IMG/VR virus record: IMGVR_UViG_3300049070_000074
Location: 1-35,091 of that record
Strand: one strand, 5' to 3'
From: a virus
Lineage: Duplodnaviria; Caudoviricetes
DNA: 35,091 nucleotides
Shown: positions 1 to 7,472 of the stretch, in pieces
How the letters are laid out: every line of letters begins with the position of its first letter
How positions within the stretch are numbered: position 1 is the first letter of the stretch
Notes under the pieces: model-generated
Told to the model about the DNA's origin: nothing
Databases searched by the model: none
What the model saw: the letters and a program-made list of their open reading frames with translations, nothing else
Position numbers and translations under genes: made by a program

Positions 1-441
1 GCGGCTGATGGCGGTGATGACGGCTAGCGGGTCCGCGGTGACGTCGATGATCTCGCCGCCCGGATGCCGGCGTGCGAGGACGCGGTCTTCCCAATGCGGG
101 ATGACGCCGAGCGGGATGTCGGGGACGATGGGGTTCTTGATGAGTAAGGGAACCAGCAGACCTGGGTCGCCATGCACCGGCGCCACTCCGCTGAGTCGTC
201 CACGGAGCGCAACGACATTCGCCGCAGACAGGTCAACGTGGTCAGCCTTGCGAGCCTTTCCGGTGCCGAACACCGTCCCCTTCCATCCACGCGGCAAATG
301 GGTCAGGACCGAGCCGCACATCACCAGGTCGGCTTGCTTGGCCGGTGTCCATTCCGCCTTCTGGCCTAGCAGGCGCTCGATCAGCAGAGGCGTGAGGGCA
401 TCGCCGAAGTTCGGATGGCCTATCCACCAGTAGGCTCTCAC
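1..441 (-). CDS. Polysaccharide pyruvyl transferase (ExoV-like), 3' end truncated by the window edge
   Basis: Not in the ORF track. Translating from GTG 441 (GTGA overlap) gives MRAYWWIGHPNFGDALTPLL...MCGSVL...VFGTG...ALRGRLS...HGDPGLL...LGVIPHW, open to base 1. The NFGD, GS, RG, DP-LL and IPH motifs are typical of this family. Confidence 0.8.
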   Translation of the reverse strand, partial: MRAYWWIGHPNFGDALTPLLIERLLGQKAEWTPAKQADLVMCGSVLTHLPRGWKGTVFGTGKARKADHVDLSAANVVALRGRLSGVAPVHGDPGLLVPLLIKNPIVPDIPLGVIPHWEDRVLARRHPGGEIIDVTADPLAVITAISR

Positions 442-545
442 CGCACGCCAGTCCCGAGATAGACCCCGCAACAGAAGGCGGCCAGGATGAACAGGACGAT
501 GGAGGCGGCCTGGAACAGGAGGCCGATGAAGCGGTCGACGTTCAC
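438..545 (-). CDS. 35-aa single-TM membrane protein
   Basis: MNVDRFIGLLFQAASIVLFILAAFCCGVYLGTGVR; GTGA overlaps at both ends. Confidence 0.6.
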   Translation of the reverse strand: MNVDRFIGLLFQAASIVLFILAAFCCGVYLGTGVR

Positions 546-766
546 GTCGGTTCTCCCAGCTCGGCGGACGTGAAGGTGGCCCAGACGGTCGCCTCGAAGT
601 CCTTGTCGCTGATCCGGCGCAGTTGATCGTTCGACGCCGCAAAACCGCGGCCGATACGTTCGCGTGCCTCGCTGATAGCGTTATCGCTATCGGAGTGCTG
701 CCGCAGGAAGGTCCACAGGACGATGGCGGTGCCGGCGGCGAAGCCAGCGATGGCGGCGAGCTTCAT
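542..766 (-). CDS. Small protein with an N-terminal membrane anchor
   Basis: MKLAAIAGFAAGTAIVLWTFL...; ATG 766 overlaps the upstream TGA. Confidence 0.65.
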   Translation of the reverse strand: MKLAAIAGFAAGTAIVLWTFLRQHSDSDNAISEARERIGRGFAASNDQLRRISDKDFEATVWATFTSAELGEPT

Positions 767-1035
767 GGTGCTTCTTGCTCGCGGAGTACCAACGTCTCCT
801 CCGCAGGAGCCTCGATGCTCGGCGCTGCCAACTCGCGCACCTCGGCGCACCAGCGGCAGTAAATGAAGCCCATCGACTGCTCGCCGTCCCACGCAGAAGC
901 GGCGCGGAAGTTGTGCGGCGGGCACGTCTCGTCAACAGGCTTAGACATGGCCACAATCAGTTCGACCAGCTCGGCCCGCGTGTGTTCGCCTATCAGTTCG
1001 CGGATGGTGTCGTCGGCCGACTTGCCCTTACTCAT
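763..1035 (-). CDS. Hypothetical protein with CPPH...CxxC zinc-binding motif
   Basis: ORF track; translationally coupled to both neighbours. Confidence 0.65.
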   Translation of the reverse strand: MSKGKSADDTIRELIGEHTRAELVELIVAMSKPVDETCPPHNFRAASAWDGEQSMGFIYCRWCAEVRELAAPSIEAPAEETLVLREQEAP

Positions 1036-1321
1036 CGTCTACCTCGTCGTGGCTGCCGGGTGGACAGGTATCGCGGAACACCTTGTGCAGCGGGCAGATG
1101 ACCGCGGTGGGGCGGCGGGCGAGCTTGGCGGAGTCACGCTGGCGGCGCCAGGCGGTGAAGTCGCCTTTGCTGGCGGGGTGGTCGTTCATCCATTGCTCGT
1201 GGTCCCGCAGGTCGCGGTTCTGCCATGCCCACAGCAGGGCGATGACGACGAGCAGCAGGATCAGGAAGAAGTCTCGGGATTGAATGATGCGGAGCAGGTC
1301 GTGAACGCTGTCATACGGCAT
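1028..1321 (-). CDS. Hypothetical membrane protein
   Basis: Likely start MPYDSV at 1321; TM segment FFLILLLVVIALLWAW. Confidence 0.6.
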   Translation of the reverse strand: MPYDSVHDLLRIIQSRDFFLILLLVVIALLWAWQNRDLRDHEQWMNDHPASKGDFTAWRRQRDSAKLARRPTAVICPLHKVFRDTCPPGSHDEVDDE

Positions 1322-1349
1322 GGCCGCACCCCAGCCGGCCCCCCACCTC

Positions 1350-1368
1350 TTGACAGGGGTGGTATCAT
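1350..1368 (+). promoter_or_regulatory. Extended -10 promoter (TGG-TATCAT, 1360-1368) with TTGACA at 1350-1355
   Basis: Direct sequence match; predicted start near 1375 coincides with the first hairpin of the leader. Confidence 0.5.
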
Positions 1369-1400
1369 GTAGATGGTTGGTAGAAGCAACCGATTTGATT

Positions 1401-1439
1401 ACCCGGTTCCGTGCTTCTACCACGGGGCCGGGTTTTTGA
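1401..1439 (+). terminator. Intrinsic terminator / attenuator in the leader of the plus-strand cassette
   Basis: 13-bp stem ACCCGGTTCCGTG/CACGGGGCCGGGT (two G-U pairs on +), loop CTTCTAC, followed by a T run. Confidence 0.7.
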
Positions 1440-1451
1440 TTGGAGTCGACA

Positions 1452-1607
1452 GTGACGACCGCGACCGAGAAGTGCACCCAATGCGGTGGCCCGATGGTGA
1501 TTGAGGTCATCGACGGCAACGACCACGAGTCGTGGGTCTGCCCGAACGACGCGACCGCGTGGGCGGTCGATCAGGAGTGGGCCAACGAGGAGGTGTGGGA
1601 TGACTGA
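1452..1607 (+). CDS. 51-aa zinc-ribbon-like protein
   Basis: GGAG 6 nt before GTG; MTTATEKCTQCGGPM...WVCPND...EEVWDD; below the ORF-track cutoff. Confidence 0.6.
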   Translation: MTTATEKCTQCGGPMVIEVIDGNDHESWVCPNDATAWAVDQEWANEEVWDD

Positions 1608-1815
1608 GCGGACATGGGACCCAACGGACGGTTGGCCCCTGCCTCTGGCCGATGGTCAACCTAAGCGCCGACGACTAACCATCACATGCGTATGCGGGCA
1701 TGAGTTTTCATCCCACCGGCAAGATCCGAACGATCCCTGGGTAGCTGAACGCTGCAAGACCTGTGGGTGCGCCGCCTTCGACGACGGGCGACCCTCAGAT
1801 GACGAGGACGACTAG
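1600..1815 (+). CDS. 71-aa Cys/His-rich zinc-binding protein
   Basis: GGAGG before ATG 1600; CVCGH..SH...CKTCGCAAF; its stop overlaps the convergent stop in CTAG at 1812-1815. Confidence 0.65.
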   Translation: MTERTWDPTDGWPLPLADGQPKRRRLTITCVCGHEFSSHRQDPNDPWVAERCKTCGCAAFDDGRPSDDEDD

Positions 1816-2831
1816 AGCCGGATCTTGTACTGGGCACTCACCACGCCCTTCTCGACGTCCACGAAGTGCAGGCGCTGGGAAGGCTCGGAGGACGTTCCCA
1901 GCCCGTCGCGGGCGTAGCGGTTGTCGCTCTCGGTGGAGCCGGTCTGATACCAGGCGCCGGAGCCGTCGGCCATCGCCCATTCGTTGTGGGTGTGCTTGTG
2001 GCCGGTGTAAGCGTCGCGGAAGTCCCAGCCGAAGGCGCCGGCCTTGAGCCGGTTCAGGTAGTTCAGGAAGGTCCGCTCGCTGACGAAGCCGTTGCGGCCT
2101 GTCTCGTCGCCGTGGAGGCTGATGGCGCGGTAGTTGCCGATCTCGACGCGCTGGATGTCCTCGGGGCAGTCCTGCCAGGTCAACCGGGTTTCGGCTGACA
2201 GCAGCTGGCGGGCTGTCTCGTAGCACATGCGGTCGAAGTTGTCGGCGCGCGGCACGCTGTCGCGCTTACTGCCTATGCGACCGTGGTTTCCCCACTCGGG
2301 GATGACCTGCACCCGCTCGTAGATGCCCAGCGCCCGCTGGACGACTTCACCGACCAGCTTGGATACGCTGGCCCATTGGGCGAACAGCGTGGCGTCCACC
2401 TCGAACGCCTGTGCTGGGAACTGAAAGAGGCCCTCCAGCATATCGCCGCCGAACAGGATGACCCCATCCCGCACCGGGTGGTCGGCCCGCTGGATCTCAG
2501 TGATCCGCTCGGCCTTGTCGACGAAGCGGTGGACCCGCTGGCGCATGACCTCGCTGTTGTAGGACGTGGTGAGCTTCCCGCCTTGCCAGTCGGTCAGGTG
2601 CCACAGCGCGGCCTCGATGCCCTTGCTGCGGGTGTCCGCCTTGGGCTTGCGGGTGGCCGGCGCGGTGAACTCCACCACCAGGGCGTCGTGGGCGGCCCGG
2701 TAGGTCGCCGCGACGAGATCTTCGGTCTTGGCCTTGGCGCGAGCGAGGTCGCGGAGCGCCCGATTCAGCGCCTCTCGCAGTTCCTCGTCGGCCAGTTCCG
2801 CCCTAAGCCCGTCCACAGCTGCACGCCCCAT
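1812..2831 (-). CDS. Calcineurin-like metallophosphoesterase
   Basis: Motifs HLTDWQ, GGDMLEG, GNHG, LHGD, GHKH. Confidence 0.85.
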   Translation of the reverse strand: MGRAAVDGLRAELADEELREALNRALRDLARAKAKTEDLVAATYRAAHDALVVEFTAPATRKPKADTRSKGIEAALWHLTDWQGGKLTTSYNSEVMRQRVHRFVDKAERITEIQRADHPVRDGVILFGGDMLEGLFQFPAQAFEVDATLFAQWASVSKLVGEVVQRALGIYERVQVIPEWGNHGRIGSKRDSVPRADNFDRMCYETARQLLSAETRLTWQDCPEDIQRVEIGNYRAISLHGDETGRNGFVSERTFLNYLNRLKAGAFGWDFRDAYTGHKHTHNEWAMADGSGAWYQTGSTESDNRYARDGLGTSSEPSQRLHFVDVEKGVVSAQYKIRL

Positions 2832-3069
2832 TTCGATGGCGCGTGACCGGGTTGTCGGTCATGGAGAACCCGTGCAGCTTCATCAGCCGGTAAACCTGGC
2901 TGTGCTGCAACCCCTTGTCGTCGACTATCTCGATCCAGTCCTCTGGACCGCTAGCGCATGCCTTGTGGTTGGCGTGTGTCTCAGCACACGGCTTGGACTG
3001 GACGAACGTCTTGACCGAACACTCGCCACCGTTCTTACCCGGTGGCGGCAGCTCGTCTCGCAAACTCAT
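2803..3069 (-). CDS. Small Cys-containing putative DNA-binding protein preceding the phosphoesterase
   Basis: Start MSLRDEL at 3069; ends RHRNGACSC. Confidence 0.6.
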   Translation of the reverse strand: MSLRDELPPPGKNGGECSVKTFVQSKPCAETHANHKACASGPEDWIEIVDDKGLQHSQVYRLMKLHGFSMTDNPVTRHRNGACSCGRA

Positions 3070-3251
3070 TACGCCGCCTTGTCTTTGGTCGCCTCGTACA
3101 CGATCTTTGCTAGGCACTGGCTGCAGACAAGGATCTCGATGCCGGGTTTGAGGGTGTAGGCGTAGCCGAGTCGGTCCACCCATCCCACCACGCGGCGCTC
3201 CTTATCGGTGATACACCAGCTCATGCAGTTGCGGCACTTGGCGCGGGCCAT
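3069..3251 (-). CDS. 60-aa zinc-finger protein
   Basis: CRNC...CSQC. Confidence 0.55.
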   Translation of the reverse strand: MARAKCRNCMSWCITDKERRVVGWVDRLGYAYTLKPGIEILVCSQCLAKIVYEATKDKAA

Positions 3252-3678
3252 CGGACAACGCCGTATCAGGCAGAGCAGTCGCCGGCGTTACGGTGACGTG
3301 GAACAGGCCGCGTGACCTCATCCCCCATAACCCCAGCCGGTGAAGCGTCGCCGGATCCAGGTCCACCAGTCGCTGCCGGGGTGTCCCGGTGTAGCAGTCG
3401 CAGTACATCGTCGGGGTGACGACCACCGAACGCCCAGTGGACCGAGCGGTAATCCGAATCGGTTGGCAGGTTGTCCAGGGATAGACGCAGTCGTTCCGAG
3501 CCACGCCGGGCCCCTGCCACCATGAAGCCAACCCGTCGCCGTAGATCTCGCAGCCTGCGATTCCCGTAGGCGCCCATGATGGGTTGACCTCGATGCTATG
3601 GCACCCTCCGAGGGCGCCGGTTGGTTCCGTTAGCAGCAGTCCTGCCGCTAGAAGTAGTGCGACTATCAGCCGCTTCAC
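3202..3678 (-). CDS. Secreted RlpA-like double-psi beta-barrel protein (lytic transglycosylase/expansin-like)
   Basis: Signal peptide; GLASWW, TGRSVVV, RLVDLDPATLHRLG motifs. Confidence 0.65.
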   Translation of the reverse strand: MKRLIVALLLAAGLLLTEPTGALGGCHSIEVNPSWAPTGIAGCEIYGDGLASWWQGPGVARNDCVYPWTTCQPIRITARSTGRSVVVTPTMYCDCYTGTPRQRLVDLDPATLHRLGLWGMRSRGLFHVTVTPATALPDTALSDGPRQVPQLHELVYHR

Positions 3679-3936
3679 TCAGACGGTGGTGGTGGCCGGA
3701 GGCTCGGAGTCCTGAATTCGGACCTCGGTGCCCGCCGGCAGCGTTGGTGCGGCGACCGGCGTGACCTGCGAGCGGGTCAACAGGACCACGCCGAGCAGGA
3801 TGACGGCGTTGCCGAAGGCAACCAGTGCAACTTGGATCTCGGTGGACAGGCCCGGAATCAGCAGCGCCGCGAGGGCGACGCCGGTAGAGAGGACGCCGCC
3901 GAGAGCGACGTTGATGGCAACTGGCTCGGTGTTCAC
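3679..3936 (-). CDS. Holin (2 TM)
   Basis: Two hydrophobic helices, EPV...RSQVTPV signature, directly after the endolysin. Confidence 0.7.
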   Translation of the reverse strand: MNTEPVAINVALGGVLSTGVALAALLIPGLSTEIQVALVAFGNAVILLGVVLLTRSQVTPVAAPTLPAGTEVRIQDSEPPATTTV

Positions 3937-4745
3937 TATTCCTCCTGAATCTGTGCGGCGAGTTCCTTGATGGCGCGGATGCGGCGGAGCAGGCGCGGCA
4001 CGCGGGCCGCCTCTTTCTCCAGCTCCTCGACTTGGGCGAGCAGGTCAGCGTTCTTGGCGCGCACGCGGCCGAGTCGCTTGTGACACAGCTCCAGCGGGGA
4101 GAGGCTGTCGGCCGGTTCCTCGGCAGGCAGCGCGTTCAGCGCGGCCAAGAGCTGATCCCGTCGGGAAGGACTGCCGTTGACGAAGCCTGGGTCGTCCAAC
4201 CACGGACGCCAGCAGTAGGGCTTGTTGGGGCCGGATATCTGGTGGTGGTCGATGAATCCCGTCTTGTCGCGGGGAATGTCGGCGCCGTCGCGGGCGACTG
4301 AGTCGTTGCGGACGGTGACGCCAGCGGCGCGGATCTTGGCCGGGTCGCCGCTGGCGAGGATGACTTGCAGGTCCATGCTGGCCTGCCATATCTCTTCGGT
4401 AACGACGCCGCGGTTGGCGGCGCCACCGTCCTCATGCTCGATGGTCCAGGTGTACAGGTTGGGGTTGACGTTGGGGATGAGGCCGGGCCACGTCGGGTCG
4501 CGGACGTCGCCGTTAGTCCACGCCGAGTCGTCAAGGGCCACGAACTGCCAGATGACCAGCTTGCCCTGCTCGTTGTGGCCGATGCCGAAGTGGCTCGAGG
4601 CGTTGCTGGTCGGGTTCATGAATCGGTCACGCGCACTTGTCAGCGTGCCGACGATGCGGTGGTTGACGATGGCCTTGGTCGGGTAGCCCGATGGACCCTT
4701 CCAGAAGTTGGGCGACGGCTTCCAGATGACGGGCGGAAGGGTCAT
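3936..4745 (-). CDS. Endolysin, N-acetylmuramoyl-L-alanine amidase (Amidase_2) with a C-terminal coiled coil
   Basis: PSPNF, IVNH, ASSHFGI, AWTNG, NPNLYTWTIEHE, HHQI...KPYC; start MTLPP at an ATGA overlap (4745). Confidence 0.85.
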   Translation of the reverse strand: MTLPPVIWKPSPNFWKGPSGYPTKAIVNHRIVGTLTSARDRFMNPTSNASSHFGIGHNEQGKLVIWQFVALDDSAWTNGDVRDPTWPGLIPNVNPNLYTWTIEHEDGGAANRGVVTEEIWQASMDLQVILASGDPAKIRAAGVTVRNDSVARDGADIPRDKTGFIDHHQISGPNKPYCWRPWLDDPGFVNGSPSRRDQLLAALNALPAEEPADSLSPLELCHKRLGRVRAKNADLLAQVEELEKEAARVPRLLRRIRAIKELAAQIQEE

Positions 4746-4855
4746 TCGTGCCTCATCGCCCACTGGCCAAGCCGATTGTTCAGTAACCAACAGGCGCCGG
4801 CGTGACCCAGAGCGGCACAGGCGTACATGAGGATGGCTTCGACAAAAGGCTTCAT
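4742..4855 (-). CDS. 37-aa hydrophobic peptide
   Basis: MKPFVEAILMYACAALGHAGACWLLNNRLGQWAMRHE; GAGGT upstream; fills the gap exactly. Confidence 0.5.
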   Translation of the reverse strand: MKPFVEAILMYACAALGHAGACWLLNNRLGQWAMRHE

Positions 4856-4857
4856 TG

Positions 4858-5292
4858 CTACCTCGGGTCGCAGAACAGTTGGACGCCGTACATGGCGCCG
4901 TCAGGGGCGACGTAGATGGCCGCTCCCATGCGTCGCCAGCCAGTGCCCAGCATCAGGGCGCGGTGGGTCGGTGAGTTCTTCCAGGCTTCGATGAACCACG
5001 CCACCCGCTCGCCGTAAGGCAGCGCCGGTTTGCGGTAGGCGAGGTTCTCGCCGCCGACCTCGCAGTGTGTCTGGTTGACCCACTCGAAGCTGTGGAAGAA
5101 GCCGTCGCCCACGATCTGGCGGGCGCGGCGGTGGGCGAGGCGGTCAAGGTTGTCGTTGGTCCGCAGCGGCCGCAGGTCGTGGTCGACGCGGAAGGCGTTG
5201 GTCCGGCTGACGAGCCAGTCGTGGGCGTAGGCCGGTTGGGCGGCGGTCAGGAGCAGGACGGCGGCGAGGGCCGCCGCCAGCAGACGACGCAT
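4858..5292 (-). CDS. Secreted CAP (SCP) domain protein
   Basis: Signal peptide AxA; NAFR...LRPL, FFHS, GENLA, WKNSPTHRALML, YGVQLF. Confidence 0.9.
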   Translation of the reverse strand: MRRLLAAALAAVLLLTAAQPAYAHDWLVSRTNAFRVDHDLRPLRTNDNLDRLAHRRARQIVGDGFFHSFEWVNQTHCEVGGENLAYRKPALPYGERVAWFIEAWKNSPTHRALMLGTGWRRMGAAIYVAPDGAMYGVQLFCDPR

Positions 5293-5295
5293 TGG

Positions 5296-6309
5296 TCAAC
5301 TCGGTAGGTCGATGGTCAGCCAGTCGATCTCGATGTGGCCTTGGTTGTCCGGCTCAGGGATGGTCTGCCCGGCCAGGTAGGTTTCGGTCTGGAACACCCA
5401 ATACGAGGTATCGGTCGTCACGCCGGAGGTGGCGTGTAACACGGTCACCCCGTCGAGGATGAAGTCCACGAACTGGCCCGGCTTGACGTGCATCCGGTAC
5501 TCATGCCAGTCGTTCAGGTCGATGCACAACGCCTTGCCGTTCTGCTGGGTGGACGACTCGAGGTGGTGGAACGCATTGCCCTTGCAGGCGCCGCCGTCCA
5601 GTTTGCCCTCGACGAAGTTGTCCTCGCAGTAGCCGGGGTCGCCGACGCCAGGACCGCACCAGCGCAGCACCGCGACCTTGCGACCCGGGATGTCATCGAA
5701 GCGGGCGGCATAGGTAACCACGAACTCGTCCTGGTCAGGCAGCGTCCACTTCGGGCCGCTGACGTAGTTGCAGCCGCCCGAGCCGTTGTGGACGAAGGTG
5801 AACCCCGACGTCTTGCAGGATCCGGTTTCGGTGTGGTGCCAGATGTCGAGGATGCCGTCGTGCTCGGATGTGGTGGCCTTCCAGCAGTACTTGCCACGGC
5901 CCGAGCTGTCGTTGTAGGTGCAGTCGCGTGCCGCGTCGGGGCGGGGCTGCAGGACGGTGGCGGTGTTGCCGGTGGGCAGCTGGCCGAGCGGCTGGTTGCC
6001 ACAGAAGTCAGCCAGGCCGTCGCGGACATAGCCGCTGATCGTCCCGCGAATCTGGATGCCGCTGGCGTTGCAGCCTGCCGGGGCCGGCGTGGGCTCCGGA
6101 GTCGGGACAGCGGTGGGCACCGGAGTCGGAACCGGCGTCGGGATGGGCGTGGGCACGGATGTGGGCGTCGGAGTCGCGTGCGGCTTAGCGCGCACGATGA
6201 CTTCCTGACCGGGTTCCAGCTCTACGGTCGGAACCGGGTCAACGGCGAAGGTGGTCAACGGAACAGCGACCACGATGCCGGCGAGGACGCCCGCGATGAA
6301 GCGGGACAA
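5296..6309 (-). CDS. Secreted protein with a Pro/Thr linker and a GH16-like (ConA/LamG fold) domain
   Basis: Signal peptide; PT repeats; EDNFVEG (compare ExDxxE); [19 protein letters not shown]; GGAGG before TTG. Confidence 0.6.
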   Translation of the reverse strand: MSRFIAGVLAGIVVAVPLTTFAVDPVPTVELEPGQEVIVRAKPHATPTPTSVPTPIPTPVPTPVPTAVPTPEPTPAPAGCNASGIQIRGTISGYVRDGLADFCGNQPLGQLPTGNTATVLQPRPDAARDCTYNDSSGRGKYCWKATTSEHDGILDIWHHTETGSCKTSGFTFVHNGSGGCNYVSGPKWTLPDQDEFVVTYAARFDDIPGRKVAVLRWCGPGVGDPGYCEDNFVEGKLDGGACKGNAFHHLESSTQQNGKALCIDLNDWHEYRMHVKPGQFVDFILDGVTVLHATSGVTTDTSYWVFQTETYLAGQTIPEPDNQGHIEIDWLTIDLPS

Positions 6310-6415
6310 CAGGGCGCCTCCTTGCGTCAGGCGCTAAGAAGGACGGCCACGCAAGGGCCGCCCTTCGGGAGAATCCTGCCGCGCTTGCGTCGCGGCGGAA
6401 AGCCGTACTTTCGGG
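6310..6415 (-). promoter_or_regulatory. Structured leader with three hairpins whose loops are mutually complementary
   Basis: mRNA loops in order: ACGCAAG, CUUGCGU, GACGCAAGG; the third hairpin overlaps GGAGG. Confidence 0.65.
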
Positions 6416-6685
6416 CTAGGGAGTGACGGGTTCGACGAGGAAGGAGCAGTCCACGTCGGCGACGTTGACGTGCGGGTAGGGGTCGCGGATATCGAGGTCG
6501 GCCAGGATGTCGTGAAGCATGGTGTTGGTCAGGGCGGAGTAGCAGCGGGACTGCTCCGCGCGCTCGCGAGACTCGCCGCCGAGGACCAGCGACAGCAGGA
6601 GAAGCAGGAGCAGCGTGACCACGGCGGTCAGCACGGCGAGGGCCAGCGGACCGGCGATGTAGGCGGCGACGGCGCGAATAGTCAT
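6416..6685 (-). CDS. Membrane protein (N-terminal TM, two Cys) in the lysis region
   Basis: Long hydrophobic N-terminus; ATGA coupling. Confidence 0.65.
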   Translation of the reverse strand: MTIRAVAAYIAGPLALAVLTAVVTLLLLLLLSLVLGGESRERAEQSRCYSALTNTMLHDILADLDIRDPYPHVNVADVDCSFLVEPVTP

Positions 6686-6870
6686 GGCTTCAGGGCCATT
6701 TCGACTAGGCCGCGGATATCTGAGGACCTGTAGCGATCGGGGTCACTCAGGATGTCGAGCAGGAGATTGGTCAGCCGATCCTTCTGCCCTTCGGTCAGGT
6801 CGTCCTCAGACAGAAGTCGATGACCGGCAAGCTGGTAGGCGGCGGCCAGAATCTTCTTGGAGTGGCTCAT
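6682..6870 (-). CDS. Hypothetical protein
   Basis: ATGA overlaps at both ends. Confidence 0.6.
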   Translation of the reverse strand: MSHSKKILAAAYQLAGHRLLSEDDLTEGQKDRLTNLLLDILSDPDRYRSSDIRGLVEMALKP

Positions 6871-7097
6871 AGCAGGCCGATGCCTTTCCCGATGCCAGCC
6901 GCGGCCAGCAGGCCGGCGGTGATGGCGTAGACGCGCAGCTCCAGGCGGTCGATGCGAAGCCCCTGGCTGGTTTGGGTTGGCACGATGACCTTCTCCACGG
7001 TGACCTCGATGCCAGCCAGCCGCTTGTCTACGTCAACGAGCTTGTCGTAGATCTGCTGGTTGGTGACGCGGACTCCGTTGGTGTGTTCGTCGGGCAT
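6867..7097 (-). CDS. Coiled-coil protein with a C-terminal TM (XhlA/holin-accessory-like)
   Basis: IYDKLVDVDKRL...RIDRLE followed by a hydrophobic tail; first gene of the late operon. Confidence 0.65.
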   Translation of the reverse strand: MPDEHTNGVRVTNQQIYDKLVDVDKRLAGIEVTVEKVIVPTQTSQGLRIDRLELRVYAITAGLLAAAGIGKGIGLL

Positions 7098-7300
7098 GAC
7101 GAGGCTCGCCCCTCGCTGAAGTTCGATGCTGCGTAGGGGCAGCGGATGGGTAAAGTGCAGAGGTCAGGTCGGTCCTGACGGCGCGAGGAGAAGCCGCTGG
7201 AGAAAATGCCAGCGGCTTCTTCGTTCGGCAAAAAGGGTAGGCGAAGCCTAGAGGGTGCGGCGGAGCAGGAGCGGCCTGCCCGGCGGGAGGATTCGCTTGA
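7098..7300 (-). promoter_or_regulatory. ~200-nt highly structured late leader / possible sRNA
   Basis: Six hairpins, the largest AGAAGCCGCTGG/CCAGCGGCTTCT (7189-7220); no credible ORF. Confidence 0.6.
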
Positions 7301-7304
7301 CCGG

Positions 7305-7327
7305 AGTATAGCGGTCGCGACTGTCAA
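7305..7327 (-). promoter_or_regulatory. Late promoter candidate TTGACA-N11-TATACT
   Basis: Near-consensus hexamers at the head of the lysis operon; spacer abnormally short. Confidence 0.55.
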
Positions 7328-7343
7328 GTGTGGCGTGATTGCG

Positions 7344-7472
7344 TCATCGACCGCAGCGCGCGCAGTAGCGTCCGAACGCGACCTGCGCAGGCTGGTTGAA
7401 CCGCTGCACCACGTCATATGCCGGTCGCCACTTGTGGCCGATAAACCAGCAGATGATTCGCTGCCGCTTCAC
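7344..7472 (-). CDS. 42-aa DUF1660-like phage protein
   Basis: ICWFIGHKW...CARCG pattern; GTGA overlap. Confidence 0.6.
   Translation of the reverse strand: MKRQRIICWFIGHKWRPAYDVVQRFNQPAQVAFGRYCARCGR

Noticed and set aside
3255-3275. LPDTA sortase signal in the RlpA-like protein
   Set aside because: Not followed by a hydrophobic helix and basic tail
6075-6180. Short repeats as a possible regulatory array
   Set aside because: They encode the Pro/Thr linker of the secreted protein
6370-6415. c-di-GMP-I riboswitch (GAAA...GACGCAAG resemblance)
   Set aside because: The GEMM P1/P2 architecture is not evident; a cmscan would settle it
7098-7300. tRNA or tmRNA
   Set aside because: No T-loop GTTCRA in a cloverleaf and no acceptor stem/CCA found
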